A DNA stretch of 64,000 nt from a virus (taxonomy: Duplodnaviria; Caudoviricetes). The position numbers were made by a program, and so were the translations under genes. The number at the start of each line of letters is the position of its first letter. The stretch's first letter is position 1. Shown here in pieces: positions 9,419 to 18,660 of this stretch. Below the pieces are notes generated by a model. That model worked only from the letters and a program-made list of their open reading frames with translations. It did no database searches and had not been told where the DNA came from. The stretch spans positions 64,001 to 128,000 of the IMG/VR virus record IMGVR_UViG_3300042691_041259, one strand, 5' to 3'.

Positions 9419-10024
9419 TTAGATGATGTCATCAACCAGGCCATTCTTACGACAGATAGCTGAATTCCACCAGATGTCATGTTTCAAAATCTCATCCAAT
9501 TTCTCGGCCTTGATTTTAGTGCGTTCTAAATACCATTCTTTCATGGTCTTCATAATCTCCTCGTTGCTTTTGTAACTGTCTTGCAACTCAGTAAATTTAC
9601 CCCATGAAGAATCGCTCAGCTCATGAATGAGCATATAAGCGTTTTTGCGCATCAGCCTACGAGTTCCTGAAGTAGAAATAACAGTGGCAGCAGAAGCCGC
9701 ACAGCCTTCCACAATAGTGACTACGGGAACGGTGGTCTTGATCCTCTCAATGGTATCTGCGATTGCAAACGCCGAAAAGAGTTCTCCACCATAAGAATTG
9801 ATGTGCAACCAGATAGGTGGCGGTGAATTCACTTCATACATACTGTTGAAGACTCCAGCCAGGTTTTGCATAGAAGCCTGGTGCAGCTTTTGATTCAACA
9901 GCAAAGCAGACTCGGGAGTTACCGGTGCATAGAAGTAAATGTGATCTCCGTGAGTAGAGATAAGTGGATTACTTTCGTAGTAGTCCTCGTTACGCTTCGA
10001 GCGTGGATGTTTGAGATTCTGCAT
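9419..10024 (-). CDS. clpP: ClpP-like (peptidase S14) protease
   Basis: PIWLHINSYGG, catalytic Ser in EGCAASAAT, catalytic His in MLIHE, GLVDDII end. Start at 10024 is uncertain. Confidence 0.85.
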   Translation of the reverse strand: MQNLKHPRSKRNEDYYESNPLISTHGDHIYFYAPVTPESALLLNQKLHQASMQNLAGVFNSMYEVNSPPPIWLHINSYGGELFSAFAIADTIERIKTTVPVVTIVEGCAASAATVISTSGTRRLMRKNAYMLIHELSDSSWGKFTELQDSYKSNEEIMKTMKEWYLERTKIKAEKLDEILKHDIWWNSAICRKNGLVDDII

Positions 10025-10382
10025 CTCGTTGTTCATTGGATCCATAATGTTCATTGTAAAACTTGTCAACTGCTACTTCCAGGTCTACATACAAAGGAAA
10101 GTTTTGTACCATATCTTCAATTTTCATGGTTCTGAATTTTTCATCAGTTCCATAAATGGCAACACCTTCGCCTCTTGCGTAGTACTGAACAGCAATAAAT
10201 TTTCTGTCATTTACTGAAATGTGCCAGGCAACATTTCGCGTTGTTGATTTAGGAATTTTAACAAGCTTCCAGGGCTTGGACTTTCGATCAAAGGTAGGGT
10301 TGAGATTGATCTCACGCATTACCTTTACATGAACGTCTGTTAGGTTGCCCGAAGGCGTTTCTCTAGATGTTGTAATTCGCAT
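9990..10382 (-). CDS. Hypothetical protein
   Basis: 130-aa ORF abutting the gp52 stop. Confidence 0.6.
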   Translation of the reverse strand: MRITTSRETPSGNLTDVHVKVMREINLNPTFDRKSKPWKLVKIPKSTTRNVAWHISVNDRKFIAVQYYARGEGVAIYGTDEKFRTMKIEDMVQNFPLYVDLEVAVDKFYNEHYGSNEQRDAESQTSTLEA

Positions 10383-11780
10383 TTATTCTTCGTTTGATGT
10401 TTCCGTTTCTTCAGTCTCAAGGTCTCCGTCCCAGAGTTCAATTCCGTCAATTTCGCCTTCATCCTCAAATAGGTTTGTGGCGGCAGCCTTACTCATAGTA
10501 CCGCGTTTTACGGCAGTGTCCTCCATTTTTGCAAGTTCAGTAGTTGCTACTGCAAGTTCTTTTGCCTGGTCGGAAACTTGTTTCTCGAGTTTTGCAATTT
10601 CCTTGCGAGTCCGTTCAAGCTCTTGTGAGTTAAGGGATTTCAGATAGATAGATTCCAATCGACGCTTTACTCTTGAATTGGAAGTAACCTTTTCCAAGAA
10701 CTTGTCAACCTCGGTTTCTCCACGTTGCTTTTCAAGCATATATACCAGGTACTTCTCTTTACAGCGTTGAAATTCCAACTCATCATTGGCTTCCAGCATA
10801 AAGTGTTCAGCACGTTTTACTCGCAACTGAGCAATACGGTACTTAAAATCTGTGATGTAGTCTTCAATTCGGTCGTACTCGAGAACTAATCCGTCTTTTA
10901 CAAATACTGGTGTTTCTGTTACTAGCATTTTTGTGCCTTTCATAATTGCGTCAGAAAAAGCATTCCAGCCTTCAAGGTCACCAGAATATCGAAGGAGAAT
11001 ATCCACATTTGTAGAGGAATTGTTAGTTACCTTTACTCCAGGATGGTAGTTCATTATTGAATCCAGCTTCTTTAGGAACGAACCGTACTTCATTAAAGGA
11101 GGAAGCTCGGTAACTCGCATCCATCGTTCAGCATCATTCTTTTCAACTACGCCTTCAATCAGCCATGATTTATTAAGACCTTGATAACGTGTGATTTTTC
11201 CGTTAAAGCCTTTAAACACTGGCTTAACCTCAGTGATTTTTCCATCCAAGAACTTCTGTACATCAGAAAGACTTCTTGGCAATACTGTGGTTTTGTAACC
11301 TACGGCAATACCGATGATAGTGGTTGTTAGACCAATTGGCAAGTCAACCCAGAGAGGATCCCATCCAGTCTCGTCATTTCGAGTATTAAGGAATACGTTC
11401 TTTCGAATTGTTTCCGAAATGCCCGGAGCAATTTTTACAGAGGTATAACGAGCAGCTGAAGGTTCTTGTTGAACTGGTGTTCCAAAGAATCCATCACCTA
11501 GTAGCAGCTGTTCCGAGCAACCAAACGGACGAGCCAGTTTATTAACCGCTCCCGTAAGTGATTTGTCACCGTGGTGATATCCATCAGAAATGCAGGATCC
11601 TACTACCGAAATTGTTTTATTGAAATTGGAAGGAGCGTTAACCAGAATGAATCTCTGAACATTAGTCAAACCATCATAAAAAGATGGAATGCCTCGGTTT
11701 TCCAATACGTACAATGCGTAATTTCGAAAGTTTGTGTTAATCTGCTTTGAAATGGGTAAGTTGTAGATTTTTTTCGCCAT
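10383..11780 (-). CDS. Type IIA topoisomerase DNA-breakage/reunion subunit (T4 gp52/GyrA-like)
   Basis: RGIPSFYDGLTNVQR, YHHGD, active-site AARYT, GIAVGY. Confidence 0.92.
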   Translation of the reverse strand: MAKKIYNLPISKQINTNFRNYALYVLENRGIPSFYDGLTNVQRFILVNAPSNFNKTISVVGSCISDGYHHGDKSLTGAVNKLARPFGCSEQLLLGDGFFGTPVQQEPSAARYTSVKIAPGISETIRKNVFLNTRNDETGWDPLWVDLPIGLTTTIIGIAVGYKTTVLPRSLSDVQKFLDGKITEVKPVFKGFNGKITRYQGLNKSWLIEGVVEKNDAERWMRVTELPPLMKYGSFLKKLDSIMNYHPGVKVTNNSSTNVDILLRYSGDLEGWNAFSDAIMKGTKMLVTETPVFVKDGLVLEYDRIEDYITDFKYRIAQLRVKRAEHFMLEANDELEFQRCKEKYLVYMLEKQRGETEVDKFLEKVTSNSRVKRRLESIYLKSLNSQELERTRKEIAKLEKQVSDQAKELAVATTELAKMEDTAVKRGTMSKAAATNLFEDEGEIDGIELWDGDLETEETETSNEE

Positions 11781-11847
11781 TTTATTTTATAGCATTTATG
11801 TTTATATTCAAATAAAGGATAAAAGTTTCAAAAGCTATTAACAAAAG

Positions 11848-11875
11848 AAAAGTCTCTACTTGCGTAGAGACTTTT
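11848..11875 (-). terminator. Intrinsic terminator downstream of the OMP gene
   Basis: Perfect inverted repeat AAAAGTCTCTAC-ttgc-GTAGAGACTTTT; GCAA loop and U-tract on the minus strand. Confidence 0.8.
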
Positions 11876-11896
11876 CCAATAGTGTTTGTTTTCAGT

Positions 11897-12535
11897 TTAG
11901 AAGTAGAGAGACAAGAAGATCGATCCGTCCAGGTTATCAACTCCAAGATTCAATGAAGTAGCTTTGTCAACCTTTCCGTAAGAAAGACCCCAGCCATATT
12001 CAGCACCGAGAGAAACTTTAGGTGCTACAAAATACTGTGCACCCAAGAAACCGCGAACGTTTACGTCAAAAGCATTTGGGGCTTTCGTTTCTACAGAGCT
12101 TATAGTAGTTTTTCCATTTGAAAAGCCAACTCCAGCTTCAGCTCCATAAAAGCCTTGCAAACGGCCATGACCACGGAAGTTCTGTACGCCTGCACCAAGA
12201 GCAATGCTTGTACCGGTAGTCTTTACTGAATCAGCTGATGTATTTGTATAACCAATTCCAACTTTTACACGGTAAGCCTTGGTATCAGTCTTCATATAGC
12301 TACCAGTAATGGTGTTGACGTTTTGGTACGCCATGTTTACGCTATTTTCGCTGTGACCGATAAAGTTTCCAAAGTAGTTCAAAACAGGGGTTGCATCAAA
12401 ACCAAGCGAACAGTCGCCGGCTTGTGGAAGAATAGCCTTGCCAGTCTTGTTACAACATGCAGCTGGCGTTTCCACCTGTGCATTAGCAATAGTGAGCCCA
12501 AATACAAGGGCAATCGTCAAAAACAGATTTTTCAT
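11897..12535 (-). CDS. Outer-membrane beta-barrel protein with signal peptide (Bacteroidetes-type)
   Basis: Sec signal MKNLFLTIALVFGLTIANA|Q, alternating beta-strands (GFLGAQYFVAPKVSLGAEYGWG), terminal aromatic strand SIFLSLYF; own promoter and terminator. Confidence 0.8.
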   Translation of the reverse strand: MKNLFLTIALVFGLTIANAQVETPAACCNKTGKAILPQAGDCSLGFDATPVLNYFGNFIGHSENSVNMAYQNVNTITGSYMKTDTKAYRVKVGIGYTNTSADSVKTTGTSIALGAGVQNFRGHGRLQGFYGAEAGVGFSNGKTTISSVETKAPNAFDVNVRGFLGAQYFVAPKVSLGAEYGWGLSYGKVDKATSLNLGVDNLDGSIFLSLYF

Positions 12536-12608
12536 TTGATTGATTTGTTTGTTTATGTTTATTTAGCAGTAGATATATTCACAAAATGTAAAAAGTTTCA
12601 CAAAAAAA

Positions 12609-12629
12609 GAGGCTATTGTTAATAGCCTC
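12609..12629 (-). terminator. Intrinsic terminator
   Basis: GAGGCTATT-gtt-AATAGCCTC hairpin with an adjacent A-run (U-tract on the minus strand). Confidence 0.7.
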
Positions 12630-12635
12630 CATTTG

Positions 12636-12893
12636 TTAAAGATTCTTTAAAATCTCTGCCGTACTTTTTATTGTGTCCTCCACTTCCGTTCGTTTAGAAT
12701 CATCCATGACTACGGTGATTACTACCCGATCTTTAGACTTACCGTCGGGCTGATTGTCAAGTACCTCAGCTCCAAGAGGTTTAAGGTCGTTCAACAAATT
12801 GAACGTGTTAAAGTCTTTACCGACTTTCAGCAAATAGCGGTACTGCTTTTTGCCTTCATAAAGAAACTCTACGTAATTTGATACGTGTCTCAT
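12636..12893 (-). CDS. Small protein with CTS-like leader (MRHVSNYVEFLYE)
   Basis: 85 aa; leader matches the repeated motif; ATGA overlap with the upstream gene. Confidence 0.65.
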   Translation of the reverse strand: MRHVSNYVEFLYEGKKQYRYLLKVGKDFNTFNLLNDLKPLGAEVLDNQPDGKSKDRVVITVVMDDSKRTEVEDTIKSTAEILKNL

Positions 12894-13249
12894 TTAAGAG
12901 TCAATAAGTATTTGAGTTTGTCAAGCGCTGCTTTGATCTCATCGCAAATGTTCTTTAATTCGCTATCGCCATCTGCAATAAACGCGTTAGAGAAGAAGTC
13001 CAGCAAGCCATCAATAAAGGGTTCAACTTTAATGTTGTCAATATCGGCAACCGCAATCTGCTTCATGCCACCAAACTTGGGACGGCCATACTTACCGCTA
13101 TATGCTTCAATCAAGCTGTCAAACAGCTCATCCAATGTATCGTAAGTCATGCCAAAAGCATTATGCTCTGCGTAGCTTTCTGTTTGCCAGTGTAATACTC
13201 GCAACTGTGCCTGGATTTGTAGCACGTTATTTAAGAGTTCTTTTTCCAT
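12890..13249 (-). CDS. Ferritin/Dps-like four-helix protein (DUF5856-like)
   Basis: QLRVLHWQTESYAEHNAFG...LFDSLIEAYSGKYGR...ICDEIKAALDKLKYLLTLK pattern typical of this phage family. Confidence 0.7.
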   Translation of the reverse strand: MEKELLNNVLQIQAQLRVLHWQTESYAEHNAFGMTYDTLDELFDSLIEAYSGKYGRPKFGGMKQIAVADIDNIKVEPFIDGLLDFFSNAFIADGDSELKNICDEIKAALDKLKYLLTLK

Positions 13250-13305
13250 TTATCTTTTTTGGTTTTTACGCTTCTTGTATAATCATTGCATCAATGATAT
13301 GACCT

Positions 13306-13623
13306 TTATTTGTTTACCCAAGCACCTTCTTCTCCGTATGTGTATACGGCAACTTCGGAATTGTGCTTAACCGCAATAAGTTCCATTTTGTCCCAGTCTG
13401 AATCCTTCTTCAACTCATCAGCTACACCGGATTGATCGTATTTCTTTAACTTCTTGTCAAAGTCTTTTCCAACCGCAGTGTCAACCACCTGCCATGCATT
13501 GTCATCTCCGTATACAAAGGCAGTATTGCCAGGTTTTACTTGGTCAAACGACTTTGGATTGTATTTAACAGCTTCGCTCATAGAATCGCTGATGAAGCTT
13601 TCATATGTTTTAATATGTTTCAT
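13306..13623 (-). CDS. Small protein with CTS-like leader (MKHIKTYESFISD..SE)
   Basis: 105 aa; leader motif. Confidence 0.7.
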   Translation of the reverse strand: MKHIKTYESFISDSMSEAVKYNPKSFDQVKPGNTAFVYGDDNAWQVVDTAVGKDFDKKLKKYDQSGVADELKKDSDWDKMELIAVKHNSEVAVYTYGEEGAWVNK

Positions 13624-13649
13624 TCCTTTGATTATTTTATTTGTAGAAG

Positions 13650-13877
13650 TTAGTCTTTGTATTCAGCTCTTTCCTCGGCCTTTGCAGCATCAATGATATC
13701 GATGATGCAATCTGCTAATCTATCTGCATGTTTATAGTCTAAGATTGCTCCAGTTGCTTGTAGCTCCTTTTCCAAAGCTTCCACAGCTACTTTAACTTCA
13801 CCTTCCAAACTTGGTCTGATAGCTTTTGTTATTGCTCCTTCATTTAAGAAGTTCTCAAATGTGCGTACGTGCTTCAT
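13650..13877 (-). CDS. Small protein with CTS-like leader (MKHVRTFENFLNE)
   Basis: 75 aa; leader motif; GATATATAG at 13898-13906 upstream. Confidence 0.7.
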   Translation of the reverse strand: MKHVRTFENFLNEGAITKAIRPSLEGEVKVAVEALEKELQATGAILDYKHADRLADCIIDIIDAAKAEERAEYKD

Positions 13878-13911
13878 TCTTTGATTTTTTTTACCTACTA
13901 TATATCTTAGG

Positions 13912-15729
13912 CTATAGAGCGCCTTCTAACCACTTCTTACGTTTGTTAGAATTTAAACCGAAAGCAATATCAATGTACTTACCCGAGGTACGGTCATTTT
14001 TGATCTTGAACATGGCTCGCTCGGCCATGACAACTTCCCAGTCCTGAATGCTTAATGAACCCAGACCCTTAAGGTAGCGGACGTTGCTCATCTTATTACC
14101 AGCCTTTTCATAATTACCAAAATCTTCCAATGAGTAAAAGTATTGCCTTTTGCTATTAACATCTATTGATGCAAGCGGCGTAATAAGAATATTGAGTTTT
14201 CCACTTTCAATTACATCAGGGAACCATTTATAGAAGAGGTTGATTACCAAGGAGGCAATGTGACCAATACCATCCGGGTCCCAGTCAGTTGCAATGGCAA
14301 CGTTTGCAAAGGTACAGCCTTTACCATTTCCAGGTTCCAGATTAAGGATGTTCATCAAGTCAATAATCTCCGCGTTGGTTCCCAAGTCCCTAACGGTGCG
14401 GGCATTCTTAATCTTACCTTTAAGTGAGTAGACTCCGTCAGTTCGAGGATCACGCTTTTGCAGAATGGATCCCATTGCCGAAGAGCCTTCCACAATAAAC
14501 AGGGTTCCTTTAGACTGAGAAGGCGGGAAGTACTTGTCGCTTACCTTTTTGTTGGCAGCTTTTTTCTTGGCCTTCAGATTATTAAGGTCTTGCTTTAGGT
14601 TTCGTTCGTCAATTTTCTTTCGAATAATCTGAAAGATTTCCGATCCAAGAAGTTGACGCTTAAGCTTTCCATAAAACTTCTTTTCCAACAGTGGTTGAAT
14701 TTCCCAGCGGCCACCTGCGTACTTGGTCTTATTTTGGTCGCCAAATTTGACAAGCTTAGGCGGAAGATTAAGAACAAACATGGTTCCATAAAATGCGTGT
14801 GCATCATTATAGTCAAACATCTCGTTTACCCAGTCATACATAATACGTTGGTGAATGCCTGAGCAGTTGGCGCCATTGATAAATGATACCGAAGTACCAT
14901 TGGCATAGCCTTCCCAGAGGAAGAAAGTTCCAACGTCGGTATGAACCTCAAGGAAGAGCTCGGGTAGAAATGGCAGGTCCAGGTTGAGTTCTTTTCCATC
15001 AAACACAAACTCAAGCTTCATGTTCTGAAGCTGTTGGTCGCGCTTGAGCAAGAACTGTCGAAACGCAAACATGGTATGAAGATACTCTTGATCCCATGTG
15101 CATCCTTTGAACGTGTCTTTTCGAGGCGTGTATGTAATAGTAGTACCAGTCTGTGCTTTGCCTACTGGTGAACATGTTTCCTCGCTCTTTTCAAAGCGAT
15201 TCCACTTGATGCAATAGTCCACTTCGCTATTGACTGTGTGAACCTCAAAAGAGTCAGATAGCATATTTACCAGAGCTGCACCAACACCATTGGTGCCTAT
15301 AAGACTTTCGGAAGAGTTTTCATTGTAAAAGTTGGATCCAGCACGTAGCATTGAGAGAGCCGTTTCCACATTACTCAAACCAGTTTTGCTGTTAGCCTTT
15401 TCAGCATTGACAAACCCGCCTCCGGTATCAACCACTTTTACTTGATTGGTCTTGGAATTGATTTCTACTCGGATCTTTGGCATTACGCCTTTCATGCGCT
15501 TGGCTTCATCAAATGCGTTATCAACAATTTCATTAAGCATCTTATAGAAGCCTACTGAAATTACTTTAGGTTTAGCAACGATTCGGCCGTTCTTACCGCC
15601 TTCATCAACTTCAATGATCTGCACTTTTTCGTCAGAGCGTTCAACCGAACCAATATACATGGTAGGTCGATGTAGTACGTGCTCAAAGTCCGAGAGAGCT
15701 ACGATTTCTTTACTGTTGTTTTTTGCCAT
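13912..15729 (-). CDS. Type IIA topoisomerase ATPase+TOPRIM subunit (T4 gp39+60/GyrB-like)
   Basis: HVLHRPTMYIGS, EIVDNA, DTGGG, AGSNF, GTNGVGA, IVEGSSA, SLKGKIKN, TDWDPDG, YLKGLGS. Confidence 0.93.
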   Translation of the reverse strand: MAKNNSKEIVALSDFEHVLHRPTMYIGSVERSDEKVQIIEVDEGGKNGRIVAKPKVISVGFYKMLNEIVDNAFDEAKRMKGVMPKIRVEINSKTNQVKVVDTGGGFVNAEKANSKTGLSNVETALSMLRAGSNFYNENSSESLIGTNGVGAALVNMLSDSFEVHTVNSEVDYCIKWNRFEKSEETCSPVGKAQTGTTITYTPRKDTFKGCTWDQEYLHTMFAFRQFLLKRDQQLQNMKLEFVFDGKELNLDLPFLPELFLEVHTDVGTFFLWEGYANGTSVSFINGANCSGIHQRIMYDWVNEMFDYNDAHAFYGTMFVLNLPPKLVKFGDQNKTKYAGGRWEIQPLLEKKFYGKLKRQLLGSEIFQIIRKKIDERNLKQDLNNLKAKKKAANKKVSDKYFPPSQSKGTLFIVEGSSAMGSILQKRDPRTDGVYSLKGKIKNARTVRDLGTNAEIIDLMNILNLEPGNGKGCTFANVAIATDWDPDGIGHIASLVINLFYKWFPDVIESGKLNILITPLASIDVNSKRQYFYSLEDFGNYEKAGNKMSNVRYLKGLGSLSIQDWEVVMAERAMFKIKNDRTSGKYIDIAFGLNSNKRKKWLEGAL

Positions 15730-15820
15730 TAGTTTATCTTAGAGTACATTTATTTTTGTGTACATTATTTATATTAACCCAAGTAATAAAGTTTTTCTAT
15801 GGTCACCTCTATACACTAGA

Positions 15821-17653
15821 TTAGCCTTCATTGATGACGGAATAAGATATAATCCGGATGCCTTTTTTACGGGCTTCTGCCATTTTGCTGCTAGTAGAAT
15901 TAAGATCATCGGTAAAAAGAACCTTTGCATCTTTTAAACCTGTATGGTGATAGCCTTTTGCTTTAGCAGATTCAATGAATTCTTGTTTGGTTTTAAAGCC
16001 AGCGCCTTTTGGTGAACCTGTCATTTCAAAAGAAATGCTTTCCTTTGAGATTGCTTCGGGCAGAACTACCTTAATGTATTTACTGATTTCCGCCACAGCA
16101 TTTTCATATGCTATACGTTTTGGTTGACCTGGTTCATAGCCGTTAACCACAGCTTTTTCCAAACCATGGAATGAATAATCAACTCCTGAAATGTAGTTGC
16201 CAATCTGTGTAGCAGTAGTTCTTCCCATATTACGAGAAGCCAAGATCATTAAGATTTCTTTTGGAGTAATTTCCTTGATACGGGCAAGCTGTTCAAGCAT
16301 ATTAGCCAGGATTTTTCCGTCCTTGAAACCTTTAGAGATTAAGATCTCCTTATTGAATTTGTTAGGATTCAACAATTCCAAACCGCTGCGGTAACCTACC
16401 GAAAATAGTTGTTTAATCATTGAACCGCCAACCCCGTCAAGATCCAGCCATGCTACGCCTTGGTAAAATTTATGCCATTCCAAAAGATAGCAGGATTCAT
16501 TTTCACACATTAGATGAACTCCGGTTTTAACCAATTCCGAACCACATTTACAGTGAGACGGATGCTCAAATTCTGTAACATTTCCAGGACTGATTACTCG
16601 AAGAATCTGAGGAATGATATCGCCAGATTTTGCAATAGCCACCTGTGCTCCTGGGTAAGCACCCATGTTTTTCAGATACGTGTAATTAAACAGTGCAGCT
16701 CGTGAAACGGTAGAACCATCCAGATCCACCGGTTCCATCACAGCAACTGGAGTAACCGCGCCGGTTTTACCATATTGCCAAGAAATAGATTTGATGGTAG
16801 TAACCGCCTCTTTAGGAGGAAACTTAATAGCCACTGCCCAGTTGGGATCATGGCTATTTTCACCCCAGACTGGTCGAAGGCCTTCCGGCGCCTTAATCAC
16901 AAAACCATCCAATTGGTATTCGGAAGTTTTGCGGTAATCTACCATGTCTTTGTAAGCGGCCTCAAAATTACTAGCACCGCCATAAAAGATATGAGCGGTA
17001 TGTTTGAATCCAGGAACCCGAGGTGTAACATAGATTATTTCGCCATCTTTATGTTGACGAACTTCCAGTGGTATGAAGTCAAGATCCTGAATAACTTCAG
17101 TAGGATTCTCGTCCCGGTTCAGGACGCCTGCCACATAGTTACGAGGATTCTTAAAAGAAGCGTACTTGGAATTAAAAGTAGCTATACGTATAACTACCTC
17201 GCCTCGAACTTCTACAGTTCCGCTAAGGTCAATTGTTTCTGGTAGATTGTGTTTTACCTTGTCAGTAATATCCCGACCTTTATTACCATTACCACGGGTG
17301 AGAACCTGTGAAAGACTTCCATCTACGTAAATTGCATTTGCAGCGTTTCCATCGTATTTTGGAGTGTATTCAAAAGAGTTAGATCCAAATTTATTCATCC
17401 ATGCTACCGCGGATTCAGTAGGAGGGTTTCCATCAAGAGAAGCTTGATACTTTGCCAGAGACAGCATTGGCGATGGATGAGAATACTTGGCTTTACGATC
17501 ATCGGCACCTACGATATACGGAACATCAGAACCAAGAGAAAGCAAGTCTGCTTCCAAACGGTCAAATTCATCATCAGTAAGAATAGGGGTTCCACTATAA
17601 TAGGCTTCCTTAGCAGCCATGTATTGTTGTTCTAAATCGAAACGGTTACTCAT
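15821..17653 (-). CDS. ligA: NAD-dependent DNA ligase
   Basis: HPSPMLSL, motif I PKYDG, TRGNG, EVRGEV, NPRNYVAG, DGFVIK, AIKFP, GDIIP, Cys4 zinc finger, degenerate BRCT end. Confidence 0.92.
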   Translation of the reverse strand: MSNRFDLEQQYMAAKEAYYSGTPILTDDEFDRLEADLLSLGSDVPYIVGADDRKAKYSHPSPMLSLAKYQASLDGNPPTESAVAWMNKFGSNSFEYTPKYDGNAANAIYVDGSLSQVLTRGNGNKGRDITDKVKHNLPETIDLSGTVEVRGEVVIRIATFNSKYASFKNPRNYVAGVLNRDENPTEVIQDLDFIPLEVRQHKDGEIIYVTPRVPGFKHTAHIFYGGASNFEAAYKDMVDYRKTSEYQLDGFVIKAPEGLRPVWGENSHDPNWAVAIKFPPKEAVTTIKSISWQYGKTGAVTPVAVMEPVDLDGSTVSRAALFNYTYLKNMGAYPGAQVAIAKSGDIIPQILRVISPGNVTEFEHPSHCKCGSELVKTGVHLMCENESCYLLEWHKFYQGVAWLDLDGVGGSMIKQLFSVGYRSGLELLNPNKFNKEILISKGFKDGKILANMLEQLARIKEITPKEILMILASRNMGRTTATQIGNYISGVDYSFHGLEKAVVNGYEPGQPKRIAYENAVAEISKYIKVVLPEAISKESISFEMTGSPKGAGFKTKQEFIESAKAKGYHHTGLKDAKVLFTDDLNSTSSKMAEARKKGIRIISYSVINEG

Positions 17654-17688
17654 TTGGTTTTTATTGACAGTATAAAAATAACCAAAAA

Positions 17689-17714
17689 AGCCGAAAGAAA
17701 AAAATCTTTCGGCT
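17689..17714 (-). terminator. Intrinsic terminator
   Basis: AGCCGAAAGA...TCTTTCGGCT inverted repeat with an A-run on the left (U-tract on the minus strand). Confidence 0.7.
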
Positions 17715-17741
17715 TAAAGTTATTAACAATTTTACTGCTTA

Positions 17742-17939
17742 TTAGAATCCTTTTGTGGCAATACCTTTTTCAATGGCTTCCAATGCTTTTGCTTCTGAGA
17801 GCATTGCATTCATTTTATTGCCATATGAGTTTAAGCCTTTTGCCATGTAACCACCGCGTGAAGTTTTTACGATAGTACATTCTGTGAACGGTACGTTCTT
17901 TTCCTTACGTTTCAAATCGTAAGCTGTCAAATTTTCCAT
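17742..17939 (-). CDS. Small hypothetical protein
   Basis: Start MENLTAYDLK at 17939; GATATATAG at 17965-17973 upstream and a terminator downstream. Confidence 0.65.
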   Translation of the reverse strand: MENLTAYDLKRKEKNVPFTECTIVKTSRGGYMAKGLNSYGNKMNAMLSEAKALEAIEKGIATKGF

Positions 17940-17971
17940 GATGTTTTTTTGTAGTTTAGTTTGGCTATATA

Positions 17972-18658
17972 TCAAAAGCATCTATCTTCCAACTGCTGAA
18001 GTATCGCACACTTTTCGTATTGCTCGGCTTGCAGGTACATACCTTTGATAAGGTCCAACACTCGTTTAAGGTTTTCCTTTTTGGTGCGGACTGTTACCAG
18101 GCTCTCATCCAAGAGTACTCCGTTCTGAAATTGTATTGGAGAGGCTGTAATGTAGTTGTATACCTTTTCCAAGAATTCGGCGGTGCCTTCATCAATTACC
18201 ACTTCTCCAATTGGAGGCTCATAAGTGTATTCCTCTTTTGGCGTAAAGTTGAACTGTGAATTAAAGAACTCTATTGGATTGACTGTCCAATCTGGGTTTT
18301 CCTCTTTTAATTTCTTTAAGGCCAAGGCATTTTGCAGAGAAAGCAGCATACCGCTATCCACCATGTCTGATGTAACAAATTGATCTTCGTATTCCATCAG
18401 ATCCCAGTCTCTTGGAAGCTGTTGCGGAGGTACCACCACAATTTCTCCGTACAAGGCCACTTCAAAAAAGAACGAAGCAAGCTCGTTGTATTGAGAATCA
18501 TTTATGGCTTTTTCTTTCTGCATTACCCAAACTGGTCCCACTTTAAAAGGTTCCACCCAACCTCCTACAAGGTCATTGAGCTCGTCAATAGTGAAGGTCG
18601 TTCCGTTTTCTGGACGGAACGACCTTACGATCTTTTCAGTTGTTAGTATAATTGCCAT
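17972..18658 (-). CDS. Hypothetical protein (DUF3846-like N-terminus, UVR-like C-terminal helix pair)
   Basis: FTIDELNDLVGGWVE and LYGEIVV; C-terminal EQYEKCAILQQL. Start moved to MAIILTTE. Confidence 0.5.
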   Translation of the reverse strand: MAIILTTEKIVRSFRPENGTTFTIDELNDLVGGWVEPFKVGPVWVMQKEKAINDSQYNELASFFFEVALYGEIVVVPPQQLPRDWDLMEYEDQFVTSDMVDSGMLLSLQNALALKKLKEENPDWTVNPIEFFNSQFNFTPKEEYTYEPPIGEVVIDEGTAEFLEKVYNYITASPIQFQNGVLLDESLVTVRTKKENLKRVLDLIKGMYLQAEQYEKCAILQQLEDRCF

Positions 18659-18660
18659 TG

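Noticed and set aside
9419-10024. ClpP-like gene as the protease that removes the Glu-ending leaders
   Set aside because: Glu-specific maturation in T4-like phages is done by the gp21 family, and this gene lies among replication genes. Not excluded, but unsupported.
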